A program made the position numbers and the translations under genes. A stretch of DNA of 60,036 nt, filler included, from Hausera hauseri (Eukaryota): the NCBI GenBank assembly GCA_046269625.1. It is 12 parts of 12 records of this genome, joined end to end, with 100 filler letters (N's around TTAATTAATTAA, not from the genome) between each part and the next. Parts side by side here need not be neighbours in the genome. Positions count along the whole stretch, not along the records: positions 35,069 to 41,167 come from JBJURY010140649.1; positions 41,268 to 46,527 come from JBJURY010296390.1; positions 46,628 to 51,088 come from JBJURY010569228.1; 9 more parts are not named here. One strand, given 5' to 3'. The notes below the pieces were generated by a model. It did no database searches and had not been told where the DNA came from. It was given only the letters and a program-made list of their open reading frames with translations. Each line of letters starts with the position of its first letter. Positions within the stretch are counted from its first letter, which is position 1. Positions 35,069-47,334 of this stretch are shown here, piece after piece.

Positions 35069-38000
35069 CGAAAAAGTGTCTGTGTCAGTTGGTCTTAGTG
35101 TGAACAAGACGTTGGGTGCCTTCTACTGATTTTTCCCTGCTATACTTGCTAAATGTAATTCTGCGTGTTTTGTATTTATGCGGTGTGTTTGCTCGCAGAG
35201 GTTGACGTTGGCGAAAAAATTGTGAGATTTTGTTGTGAGTATTGTGTCGTGCGAAGATGATCTAGAATAAAGAGAAGAAGAAGGTAAAGAAGGGAGAGAG
35301 GTTGTTGGAGACGACAGTTGAAGGTGTTTAAGGTAGTGTTGGAAGACAAAGGACTGAAGAGAGGTGTAGTGACGGATGAAGGAGGAGAGACGAAAAGTGG
35401 CGTAAAAATTGAAATTGTATTAGGTGAAAGAGTAGAATTAGAGAATGAAACAGGTAGTAGGAGAGAGAGGGGAATAGAGATAAGGATAGGAGTAGAGAGA
35501 GAAGGAATTTGCGAAGCGGAGATAAAAGTAGTAGAAGACGAAGTGTGAGGAGAAAGGGAGAAAGAAAGTGCCGAAGACGAGGAAGCTGTGGAATAAAGAA
35601 GAAAGAGTGAGAGGACGGTGAAGAGGGAAAAATGGAGAAGAGCAAGAAAATGGACAAGGCAAAGGAAAGTCGTTTTTAAGGTGGTATGAAAAGGTTGGAA
35701 TGATAAAAGGGGTAGATGAAGAGATTAGTGAAGTTAAAGTGGTGTTTTGCGGAGGAAGTCTTGTAAAAGGAGAAAGCAGGTTGTCACCAGGGGATGGGGA
35801 GGGTGTTAAAAAACTGGAGGGTGCAAAATCGGATTGGGAAAAGTGGATGAACTGTCAGGAAAAAGTGAAGTAGAGGACTTGGGTAAAAACGTATTGGAAA
35901 GTGGGTTAAAGAATTGAGCAGAGATGGTAGGTGAATTTTTGGGTTGCTGCGCGTTGTGTAAAGATGTTGGTGGAGAAGTGATTTAGATGGGAGACGTATT
36001 GTCAATGAAGAAAGCCGACTTAGCGTTGTTGATGTGGACTGTTACTTCTTTGTCGTCTTTGAGGATGATGATGTTGTGGGAGTGTAAACGAATTACTTTG
36101 TAAGGGCCAACATTCTGAAATTGAAAACCACACGGTGTCTGATTTTTAACCATACTAACTTGGCAGTGTATAAATCGACGAGTATGTAAGGTTTATTTCC
36201 GTGTAGTAGTTTACAAAATGAGTTTTTGCTGATGTCGACGAAGTGTCTCTGGGCTGCTTGTATGGTTTCGTCGGTAGGAATATTGTCCAGCTCAGCCAGC
36301 TCGAATAATTGTCTGATAGGAGTACCAAATAATGCTTCTGCAGGTGAGCAACCTGTAGACGTAGATGGTGCGTTCCGCCAGCCAAGCAGAACGTACGGAA
36401 GAAGTGTGGTGCAAGTGCGATTAGACTCAGCAAGGATTTTAAGAGACGTTTTCATCGTGTGGTGAAAGCGTTCGAGAAGGCCATTCTATTAAGGATTATA
36501 TGGAGACGTGCAAATGTGGTTAATTCTCAATGGATTGACAAGAGCTTTAAACAGGTTGGATTCAAACTGTGGGCCTTGGTCCGAAATGATGTGGCGAGGT
36601 GATCCAAACCTTCTGATCCAAGTGCGGATGAAAACGTCTGCGAGTGTTTCTGTGCTCCGAAGCGGGACAGCCTCCGGCCATCGCGAGGAACGGTCGATCA
36701 TTGTGAGGATAAACTGATGGCTGCTGTCTAAGGGTAGTGGGCATACAAGGTCAATGTGAACAGATTGAAAACGAGACGTGCAGGGAAAATGATATTGTGG
36801 TGGCTTTAAGTGCTTAGTAACTTTGTATTTTTGGCATGCCACACACTGCCTAACCCATGCCTGCACAGCAGAGCGCATCGACAGCCATACTACTTGGCGT
36901 TGTAAGAGTCAAAAAGTGGCCTTGGCACCGGGATGATGCAATGAATGGATGTTGTTGAATGCTTCTATTTGAAACGATTCAAAAAGGATGACTTTAGGAT
37001 TATTAGGTTTGAAGGTGTCAAAGGCCACACTGTTGATGGTTTTGCACGATTTAAAAGATTTAAGGATGTCAGGAGGTTGCTGGTTTTGTTGAAGTTTGGA
37101 TTGAGGGAAAATTGGTGTAAAATCAATCGAACTGACCGATCGGGACAAAAAGTCAGCTACTACATTTTTGTCTCCGTTTAGGTGCTTAATTTCAAAATGA
37201 AATGCGGACAAATACGATATTTGCCTCTCCTGACGTGGAGAAGGCGATTTCATGATGAGAATTTGAATCAAGGTATTGTTGTCCGTTTGTATGGTAAAGG
37301 TTCCTGCAGTTAGCAGATGCTTAAAGTGTTTCACGGCAAGGACCATTGTAAGCAACTTTCTGTCAAAGGTGGTATATCTTTGCTGTTTCTCCGTGAATTT
37401 GTGGGAAAAGAATTCTAATGGCTCATAGGACCCATTTTTGACTTAATGGAGGAGAGCACTTGAGGCTGTGGTGGATGCATCTGTGGTAAGAAGAGTTCTG
37501 CATGGAAGTCGGGATAGGCCAGGATTTCCACGGTTTTTAGATTATCTTTAACGTAATCGAAAGCGTTGACTAGATTGGCGGTCCACGGAATAGGCTGTTT
37601 TTCCTTATAAGGGCTTATTGATGCAAATAGAGCGGTTAGAATGGAGCAGTGTAGAATATACTTATAAATAAAGTGCAAGATTCCGAAGAAAGAACGCATC
37701 TCTGTTGATGTAGGTGGTAGCTGTATGTTTTTGAGCTGTGTGAGGCGCTCTGACTAAGGTGGATGTCCGGAGAAGCTAACAACATGTCCTGTGAAGTCGA
37801 CCTTATGTTGAAAAAAGAGCGTTTGGAGAAATTAATTTGCGAGTTGTTTTGGTACAAGGGCTGGAAGATTAAACGTAAGTGCACAGAGTGTTGTTTCGAG
37901 GAAGATGATGCAATTAATATATCATCGATATAGGGATAAGCAAAGTCTAAACCTGAGAGAACTGTATCAATATGCCTTTGGAAGGTCTGAGAAGCGCTAC

Positions 38001-40150
38001 AGAGTCCAAAAGGCATGAAAAGGTATTCGAAAAGTCCGAAAGGTGTAATGGCAGCCGTTTTCGGAATGTCTGCTGGGCCACCGGAATTTGGTGGTATTGT
38101 TTGTAAAAATCAATGAAGGAAAAAATGGTCGAACCATGGAGCCTGTGAAGGATATCGTTGATTAATGGTAGATAGTAGGCATCCATTGTTGTTATGATAT
38201 TGAGTTGGCGGTAATCACCGCATGGGCGAAAAGTACCATCTTTTTTTGGAACGACATGTAGGGGTGAAGACCAAGGGGATTTGGATCTTCTGATTATTCC
38301 TGATTTTTCCAGTTCGAGAAACTCAGACTCCACTGCCTGTCTGCGGTGAGGCGATAGCGGGCGGACCTTTTGGCGTATTGGTCTTTGATGTGCTGTTAGT
38401 ATGTCATGGAAGGTGGATTTAGGTAGTAAGAATGATTTGTCCTTTTGCAACAGACGTGTGCAGGAAGACGAAATATAATGCTGTAAGTCAGAGAGCAACG
38501 ATGAAAAGTTTTCAGATGGTGTCGATGCATCGTGATTGGATGCAGTTGCGGTATGAGTTATCGACGAGGTGTTGTGACAAGGTGGTATTAGGTGCAGGAT
38601 GTTTGTGTTGAAGATGATGTTGGCAGCTGTACTATCAGTAATAGGTGCCACAGAGTTGGCAATATCGTATTTTTTGCCGTAATAAAAATTTCTTTATAAT
38701 GAATGATTATAAAAGTAATTTAAATTGGAAGTCGTTTTCTTTAGTTTTGACTTGCTAGAAGCGATCGCCCGGGTGGTCACTAAAATGTTGCTAATTTGAT
38801 TAAAATTATTTCCGCTCTTTAAGGAACATCGTTTGTAGTCTACAAGTAAATTGTAGTGGGACAGAAAGTCTGAACCCAATATAGGTGTGTGTACATTGGC
38901 TACTGTAAATTTCCAAGTAAATGTGTTTGGGAAATTTGGAAGTGTAAAAGTTAATTTAATAACACCAAAAGTTTGTAAAGGTTCACAGGACGCAGTGAAC
39001 AGTTTCTTTTTGAAGTGAAATGGTTTTGGATGGGCTGTGTTGGTGGTAGTAAAGAGATGGTTGCGCCGGTGTCTATGAGAAAATTAATGTTTTGCTTTGC
39101 TGGAGTGACGACTGCTGCTTCCAACGTAAATACAGCAAAAGAAATGTGTCAGCTATCTTTTTGTAGGTTGTTGCCTTTGCTAGAACTTGCCGTGTGTCCT
39201 AGCGACGAAATCCGTTTTTTGTAGCTGATGAGTTTGGCCTGCTATTTTGTGTGACTTTGGTAGTGTTGATTTTATTGTGCGTGTTATAGTTACAACCAGG
39301 CAAACATTTTTGCGTTTTTGTTCCAAGTTTTGCATGATAGATGCAAACGATGTTGCTTGTATTAAAATCGGATGAGTAAAATTTGTAACTGATGCAGCAT
39401 TTTTAAGCATTGTTACCAAATTTGTTGTAATAGTAGCAAATAGGCGACCGCTCGGGCGAAGGAGACCGTCTTTGTCGTTGATGAAATATATTAGGGGAAG
39501 CAGTCCTTATAAAACCTCGCCGATGCAGCGTTAACTTATTTAATTTCTCGTTTATGTTACTAATTGTTTTTTACAAAATTTCGTTGACTGAGCGTAATTG
39601 CGCAATTTGTTGCTGCAGCGATGCATTTTGTTGTTGGTGGTTTGTTGTTAATGCCGCAGAGACAGTTGGTTGTGTGTATGAGTGCAGCACTTTATAAGCT
39701 TTGTCTGCCAGTTTAGCTAACTTTTCCAGTGCCGTGAAGTCTTCGACCACAGTGAGCAAAGCTCTTATTTGAAGGGGCAATGAGTTTATAAAGTAGCTAC
39801 GAAGAAGTTCTGGACTATGCTCAGATATTAAGCCAAGGGTATTGAGGTGCGACAAAGATGTGCCGTAGAATTCAGAAGGCTTCTGTAGGCTCATGGCGTT
39901 GTAACTGAAAAACATTTGAATGATAGAATCGATTGACGGCTCAGTGAGCATAAGAATGGCATTATAAAGTTGGGCATATGGATCGGTGTGGTGAAGGATG
40001 TCGATGATGTTTGTAATTTTGATTTTGATAGAAGCAGGTAAATAAAAAAATAGGATGTTGGCTTTGGATAAAGGATCGACGACGTTTTGTGATTGGAGCC
40101 AGAATTTGTGCAGTTTTAGCCGTGTTTTGGTAGAATTTTGGTTGTCAAAG
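35069..40150 (-). mobile_element. Degenerate CsRn1-like Ty3/gypsy element, gag-pol and 3' tail
   Basis: Gag (DPYAQL...KPSEF...LAKLADK, CYYYNKFG..A.KC), protease FLIDTGATIS (39065-39073), RT SPWSSPLHVVPKKDG..RPCGDYR, YIDD, RNase H, integrase. Same family as 1-3545. Confidence 0.95.
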
Positions 40151-41267
40151 AAGTATTCTGTGCAGGGAGAATAAGTGTGGAGTGTGTGCTGTGTCGGAAT
40201 GTTTGAAACAGTTTGTTTGGGTAAGTGATGGAGATCGGTGGTTTGGTGGTATCAATAGTGGGTGATGAATCCATGCTACCACGGATGCGGAAGTGTATAT
40301 GAAGGCAGATATAAGCTGAAGAAGATTGCAGGGTTCCAACGAAAGTACCGTGGAGCCGTAGTGTGAAATAAAAGTCAGGTGAGCGAAGAAAAGTGGAGAT
40401 GATGTTGTATATGGCAGCAGTGTTTAAGTGTTTTACTGCATTTGTGCGAATGTTTGTTATTTAGAAAAACGAAAAGGATGTACAAGGAGGTCGTGTAGCC
40501 GGGGGCTTGTCGTGGGGTGGCGGCGAACGGTGCCGTCTGACCCAGTGGCATAGAGTGGACGGCCGGGGCTTCATCCTCGCCGTGACAAGCCTCAAACTGA
40601 AGGGTAACAGTTTCCTGCTTGCAGCCAAATCTTGAAAGTCGTGCTACTAATGTTTTTCGTGAGTTTTGGTGGGATTTAGCCGGGCTCCCATGGTTTAAGC
40701 AAAATAAAATTTCCACCGAATAAAGTGAAATACAACAGGCTGTCTCATGTTGTGTTGTTAATACTTTTAGATTTAGCAGCAACGTTTCGAACGGTAACAA
40801 GAGTGTTTTCGACCAATTAATCAATTTCCTTAAGCAAAGGATTACAACCCGGTTTCGGTTCTACGCATAAATTATAATTGGTCGCCGAAATATTTAGAAT
40901 TTGCAAGAAATAAGTATTAACTAAATTCTTGAAAAACTACATAAGTTATACAAAATAACCAAAGTATATTTATTCGGTGACGATTTAATATAATTTGGCA
41001 AATAAACCAGTGGTGATCCAACGGAACTACGGTATCTAAATTATATTGCAATGTTGACAACCAAAAACAAAAGATGTGCACAGAATACTTAAAGTTCACA
41101 ATTGAAAAAAATGTTACCTTCGTGAAAAAAACTTTGTCTATACGTTTGGTGCCCGCGTCGATCGTCGNNNNNNNNNNNNNNNNNNNNNNNNNNNNNNNNN
41201 NNNNNNNNNNNTTAATTAATTAANNNNNNNNNNNNNNNNNNNNNNNNNNNNNNNNNNNNNNNNNNNN

Positions 41268-43250
41268 AGACAATACAGCAGAGACAAGTGTCATGAATAA
41301 TGATATAAGACTAGACAGAGTCGAAGAAAGAACTACACAAATAGAATAAAAGGTGAATGATAGTAATATAAGCTTAAATAAATTGGAAGAGAGAAGTTCT
41401 CAACTAGAACAAAACATAAATGCCCATTCCAGACAAATATATAATTTATGACAACAAACTATTGATCATATATTGGCAATACATAGAAATAGAGAACAGA
41501 TTGATAATAACGGGAGGCAAGTAAATCAAAGGTTAAATGGAATGCAAAATCAAGTAGCAATTATAGTATGTGAACAAGAACAAATACAGGTAGAAAATAG
41601 TCATACCAAAAACAAATAGAAACGTTAACTCGAGGTATAAATCAATTAAACGAACGTCTCGAACAAGTAAGGACAGAGGAAATGATAACTCAACGGCAAG
41701 AAGAAATACAATAACCAGAGTTTTCAGTAGAAGTAATTTCCATATCATGTGAAACCTCTGACACTAATAGCAACAACATGGAGCCGTCAAGGAATAACCG
41801 ACAGCCTTTGGCTCATCATCATGAACGCAATTATGATTTAAATAATAATGCCGGTTTCGACCTATTCAATGAAAGAAGAGAAGAGAAATACCAAATGTTA
41901 CCTCGCCGTCAACCATATGAAGGGCGAGTATCGGATTTGGAGGACTTTTTAGATGAATACTATTCACTAGCAAATGATATGCATTGGGATGACGCAAATA
42001 AAATATCTCTTTTACCAGTACATGTGAATAACGACCTGAGAATGGCAATAACCCGCCTACCTATGCGAATATATAAAACGTGGACGCAACATTGAGAAAG
42101 GATTCTACAAAATCAACAAGTTAATATACAAGAAAATCGATATATAAAATTCAAAAATTGTAAACAAAAACCAAATGAAGAAGTTTTGACATACATTAGT
42201 AGATTTAAAACAGCAATGAATAGATATTTTTGCCATAACAAACATGCATTTGGTGCCATGATCATGAAGCAATTTGTACTTTGACTCTTGCCACCCTTAC
42301 GAGGAGTTAAATTCCATACCGCCAATAATATCAATGAGTTGATAGAATATATCCGAAGAATGGCAACACGGATAGATGAAACACCCTTATGGGCTAATCA
42401 AACGCAAATTGCGACAGTAGCCACGACACCATTACTAGTAAGGCAAGATGTATCAAATCGTAGTAACGCACCTTGGAGAGACTCTTGGAGAAGCCAAAGT
42501 CCTAATCTGCTAGGCAACAATACACCACAGCGAAGCAATACTCCAGAAAGAGGAAGTTATAACCAATCATCTAAAAACTACAATAGTAACCAAAGAGATA
42601 CACAATATCAGCGAAATAGAAGAAACTACGATGATCAACAACGAAACGACCCAAGGTATGGTAGATCACGGGATAACTCAAGAGATAGCAGTAATAAGAG
42701 AAATCGATTGCCTAGTAGTGAACGGTACAACAATGGTCGAAATTCCAGTCGCTGTGAGAATAAAAACAGTCAAGTGAACTCATATTATAAACGAGATAAT
42801 AGCCGAACACGATGTCCAAATAATCGTTCGGAAGGATCAAGACTTAACTATTCCAACGATAGACGAAGCGAAAGTCGCGAGAGATTTAGAAGAAATGACA
42901 GTCGAGAAAGATATAGTAACTTCAATAGAAATAATAGCAGAGAAAGAGGTAATCGACGAGACAGTAACAGAGACAGGTTTAATCCTGGAAATGATAATAG
43001 AAATAGGTATAACGATTCAATATCGGGTCAATATGATAGAAAACGCGATTATACACCACCTCAACAAGATTTGGATAGGTACAATAAAAATCCCAGTCCA
43101 TATTCCCAAGGGACCAAAATCGAACCCCTTCTCAGAGACAAAATAACAAAAACGATAAATACACCCGACCGTCGGATTATAATTGTAGACGAAATGACTC
43201 ACCGATAAACAGAAACATTTCCCCACACAGATATGACAGAAATACGACAT
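41268..43250 (+). pseudogene. gag: Gag of the complex gypsy-like element: coiled coil, capsid-like domain, R/S/N/D-rich tail
   Basis: Heptad-like LDRVEERTTQIE...LNKLEERSSQLEQ; YEGRVSDLEDFLDEY..LA..MHWDD..KISLL; CKQKPNEEV.TYI.RF (MHR-like); long SRE/SRD-rich stretch; no CCHC knuckle seen. Confidence 0.78.
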
Positions 43251-43399
43251 CGAAATATCCTAAATATTCCAATTAAAGAAAGTTGGACTCAACAATATCA
43301 TCTTAGTTCCACAAAAGAAAAAGGTAACTCTTCAGACAATAGGAGAAGTAATAACGACGAAAGGAACGTTTCAACCCGTCGTTCAGTAACCTTCAATGA

Positions 43400-44950
43400 A
43401 CAAACTAAATCAGTTTTCACGGGTATATTAATGGCAAAATCTATAGTAGAACATCATCAAATCACATCTAAACCATTATTCAACAATTTTGTTCCAGAAA
43501 AACCCTTCATAACTAGAAATTAATTGGATCAAGCAGAAAGAAAAGTACCAAATATCCAAAATAATACTCTTCCATATATGTTATGGCCAGAAACTAAAGA
43601 AATAAAAAATTTGCTATTAACCTTTGTAGCTGTGGACAAAACTATTGGAGATGAACAGGAACCAGAAATCAATCAAATAAGAATAGAGAACATTGAAGGT
43701 GATTTGATAGTCGAATTAGAAAATATATATTTAGAAAAGGAAAAATGTTATGAAAACCTTAGACAACTACTGTGTGGAAAGCTTATAGTTGGAATAGATT
43801 TGCCATGGTTATTTAAACAAATACAATTGAAAGAAACGGATGTTTTTGGTGCGTTTAGTAATCAGAACTTCAACTTACCAAATGATCATTGGACAAGAGA
43901 AGGCACATTACCACAGCGAATAATCAACCTAGGACAAGAATATCGAATTAAACTTAACCGTCAGGGATCTCCATATTATATCTTTCCAAGCAGACCTTTG
44001 TTTAAAGATTACAAACATTCCCTACGAGAGATAACATGCAACACTACTTTGATCTCGGAAGCTACCTTACAGCGTATGGATACAGATATAGTTCAAAATT
44101 GGGATAAGATATTCGCTGACAAGAAATCTAACCGAATAGGATTTACAGATATTGCCGAACAAGGATCAATTTGTATGGAAGGTATTGATAAAGTCTATCT
44201 AAAAAGGACTGACATTCAAGTTAAAAGAAACGACCCCCATGTGTCATAATTACTAACCAAGAAGAAGCACGATTACGAATTGGTAACAAAACAGTAATAG
44301 TTTCCAAAGAAACTATGATATTTCCTAATTATTCTTACGAAGGAGATTGTCACATACAACCTTTAGATGATTGTCCGATATACTTAATACAATTGCTTAA
44401 GGAAACGCCTAAATTGATGGTGGACGAATCCTTAATGCAGGGTGAAGGAATAATTCTTACGGGTAGGTGCATAACCAAAGGAGATCAGAAAGGGCTTACA
44501 CAATTCACTGCTAAAAATTTGGAAGGAAAAACAATTCTCAATATTCATGTGTATCCGAACATACCAGATACTACAAAGTACACAGAATATAGTAGAAGAT
44601 CTAACCCTCAACGACAAGAGTCGGTAAGTGAATTCATGAATAGATATTTACCAGGGAAAGTGATCATCGGACGCCAGTTACCAGAACTATTAAGTACATT
44701 GAAAATAAACCCAGTAAATCTAACTGATATCTACGACCTGTAACAGATTAACATAACTTACAAGTGTTTAGACCTATATAACGGTTATAACTCGGAAATT
44801 ATGGCACAAAGATGTTTAGACGAATATATAAAGACAATACGAGTAAAATGCAAAATACCACGGATAATAAAAAGTCAGAAAACATTACGAATAGCTTTTC
44901 CAGCAATACAAAAACTCAAGAAAACTAAGGAAGCAAGAACAATTTCGGCA
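43400..44950 (+). pseudogene. Two tandem degenerate DEDDh/REX4-fold domains
   Basis: Unit 1: QIRIENIEGDLIV...LRQLLCGKLIVGIDL. Unit 2: QFTAKNLEGKTILNIHVYP...TKYTEYS...FMNRYLPGKVIIGRQL...LKI...DIYDL. Confidence 0.55.
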
Positions 44951-45383
44951 ATTGAACCAAAAGCTCAAAGACATCCGGATATGGATTCTAACGAATATTC
45001 ACACGAACTTGTTAGAATAAGACCAACGGGAGAATGGATAGAACCTTATAATGACAGATTAGTTACACCACTTTCACAACCAAAAGTTCCACCTCAACAA
45101 CCGACATTATTTGAGAGTATTTGGGATTCAATACACCCAAGTACATCCAAAAGGGAACCACCAGTAGTCGACGAAGATGAAGTGTTTGAAATCTTAAAAG
45201 ACGATGAACTAATACCTACACCGGATCTGATTCAGTACCCTGATACTACGCTAATACCAATCGTAAAACCAAAGATCATTCCAGAAATGAATATTCCACC
45301 AGGATTTATAGTGTATGGTGAACCTTCAGAATCAGTAACCGAAATAATTAAAGCTAAATTACAGATGGCTGATTCAGCGCCTA

Positions 45384-46340
45384 ATGATGTATGGAATGCT
45401 TTACGACAATGAGACACTACCATTAACTAGTCGAATAGAATGTGCGCCGTTACTCTTTCCATTAACAAAAGATGACGTATTCTGCTTTTTAGCCGCACGA
45501 AAGTTACTAAAAACTCTAGGAAGAGACCAAAGACGAAAATACCGAAGAAAACAACCTTATATTATAAGTGTAGAAATTAAAACCAATAAGCAAAAACAAG
45601 TAATTGAAGTAACAAAAGGAATGTTCACTAAATTTACAGATCTCCGAAGGAAGGTATTAGATGAATTAGATTTAGAAACTAATATAATAGCGAAAACTGA
45701 TGTCTATGGCAGATTAGCCGTCGACAATGATTATGTTGTAGATTATGGACTCCTTACCGAAAAGATTTATCAGATTACCATGGAATTTGACACCAAGAAA
45801 AAGGGAGGAAGACCTCGAAAATGTGATTTTAACCCAATAAGTGATGATGAAGAAAAGCCCGAAGAAGAAAAGCCAGAAAGGCAAAGAAAGAAAAGACCTT
45901 TGTCGCGGAAACGTAAGGAACAACGGGATACATTAGAACATATATTATATGATAATTTCCAACGATTCACTATTAGTGACGATGAAAATGAACCAACACA
46001 AAATCCAGTCCCGGGAACGTCAAACCAGAGTGAAATAAATGTACCAAAAGTAACACTGACGATTCAGGAACTTCTGCAACAGTTAATTAAGAAAGCTAAC
46101 CCAAAGCAACTTAACAAGATACCAACAATTACAAAAATTCCACTAAAGTCCATAATAGAAACGGCTAGAAACTTTTCATCACGATTACAAGATTACTACA
46201 AAAATGTAAACTGAAAGGTGGATTGAATAAAGCATTGACACGACTATTAAAGGCATGTGACCAAACCAAACAGAAGTTGACGCCAAGCTACATCATCTAG
46301 TAAAGGATCTAGCCCATCACATGGACAAACTAACGAAAGA
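45384..46340 (+). pseudogene. Pre-env accessory domain with AT-hook-like GRPRK
   Basis: KKGGRPRK, ELLQQLIKKAN, KSIIETARNF; homologous to 28825-29841. Confidence 0.6.
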
Positions 46341-46527
46341 ATGGGTAACCAAACAAGGCGTTTGGACGAAATCCTCAAGAAATGTAACCCTACAACACTA
46401 ATATTATTATATTTGATAGCCGTTAGTAGCCTAAAAACTACGAAGGCATTAGAAGCTTATGATTGTTCCAGACCAGAAATAACAGCCAGACTTTCACTGG
46501 TGGATATAGGTAAATGTCAAAACGCAA
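46341..46527 (+). CDS. env: N-terminus of chuvirus-like glycoprotein
   Basis: LILLYLIAVSSL...ALEAYDCSRPEITARLSLVDIGKC matches signal + YDC-x8-SL.D..EC. Truncated by the contig end. Confidence 0.82.
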
Positions 46528-46627
46528 NNNNNNNNNNNNNNNNNNNNNNNNNNNNNNNNNNNNNNNNNNNNTTAATTAATTAANNNNNNNNNNNNNNNNN
46601 NNNNNNNNNNNNNNNNNNNNNNNNNNN

Positions 46628-47330
46628 GATTTGGCAATACTGTTGATTAGAAGTTGCTTTGCCCTCTCTCAGGAATTGAACCGTGATTACTCGTCCTTTA
46701 ATCAACCGTCTTTTTGTGTTTATTTGGATACAGTTATCTTTTTGGTTTGCTATTATACTCGCTATATTTTCTTCTAACATCCGTTTTAACTGGTCAATGG
46801 ATTAAAAAATGTCTTCCAGCTCTATATTATGATAATCTCCATAAGTTTGTGGTATAACTAAATGTGAATTCAGGTTTATTTCCGAGTGTACTTCATTACA
46901 GTTCGGTAAATATGCATGATAGCTAACGGCATAAAAATGTCCTTATTCTACGTTGCAGCAAGTTGTGTCGTCCTCTGACTTGAATTTACAATCAGACTCA
47001 GCTTGGCTTATTAAGTTATGAATTAATATCCGGATTTGCCCCTCATGCGATCCTGGCAACCTAAACCCGACACATGGGGCTTCTGGCAAAAAGTAGTCTA
47101 ATTTTATTGCTCGTAAAAATTTTTTGTCCTTTTGTTCTGGTTTATGTTGGGGAGTTCACTCTTTTTGTGGCGGCAGCTTTAATCCGATTTTTCTGATTCC
47201 GTATATATCGTTCAACGAATTTTCATCTACCCACCACTGGGCGTTCGATTTAGGTGTTAGGACCGCAATCAACGATAAGGCTACTATTATCTGTGCATAA
47301 GATACTGGTCTAGTGACAATTGAGGAGGTT
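46628..47330 (-). pseudogene. Second envelope-like protein, N-terminal part, fused after integrase
   Basis: After RYNLRPR comes in-frame YAQIIVALSLIAVLTPKSNA/QWW (signal-like), then SDCKFKSEDDTTCCNVE*GHFY and NCIQINTKRRL..GRVITV...QYCQI. Homologous to 22560-23572. Confidence 0.68.
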
Positions 47331-47334
47331 TTAT

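Noticed and set aside
40375-40824. 149-aa ORF and possible PBS/LTR upstream of gag in C8
   Set aside because: No recognisable motifs, no convincing tRNA-complementary 18-mer, and no match to the candidate LTR at 3546.
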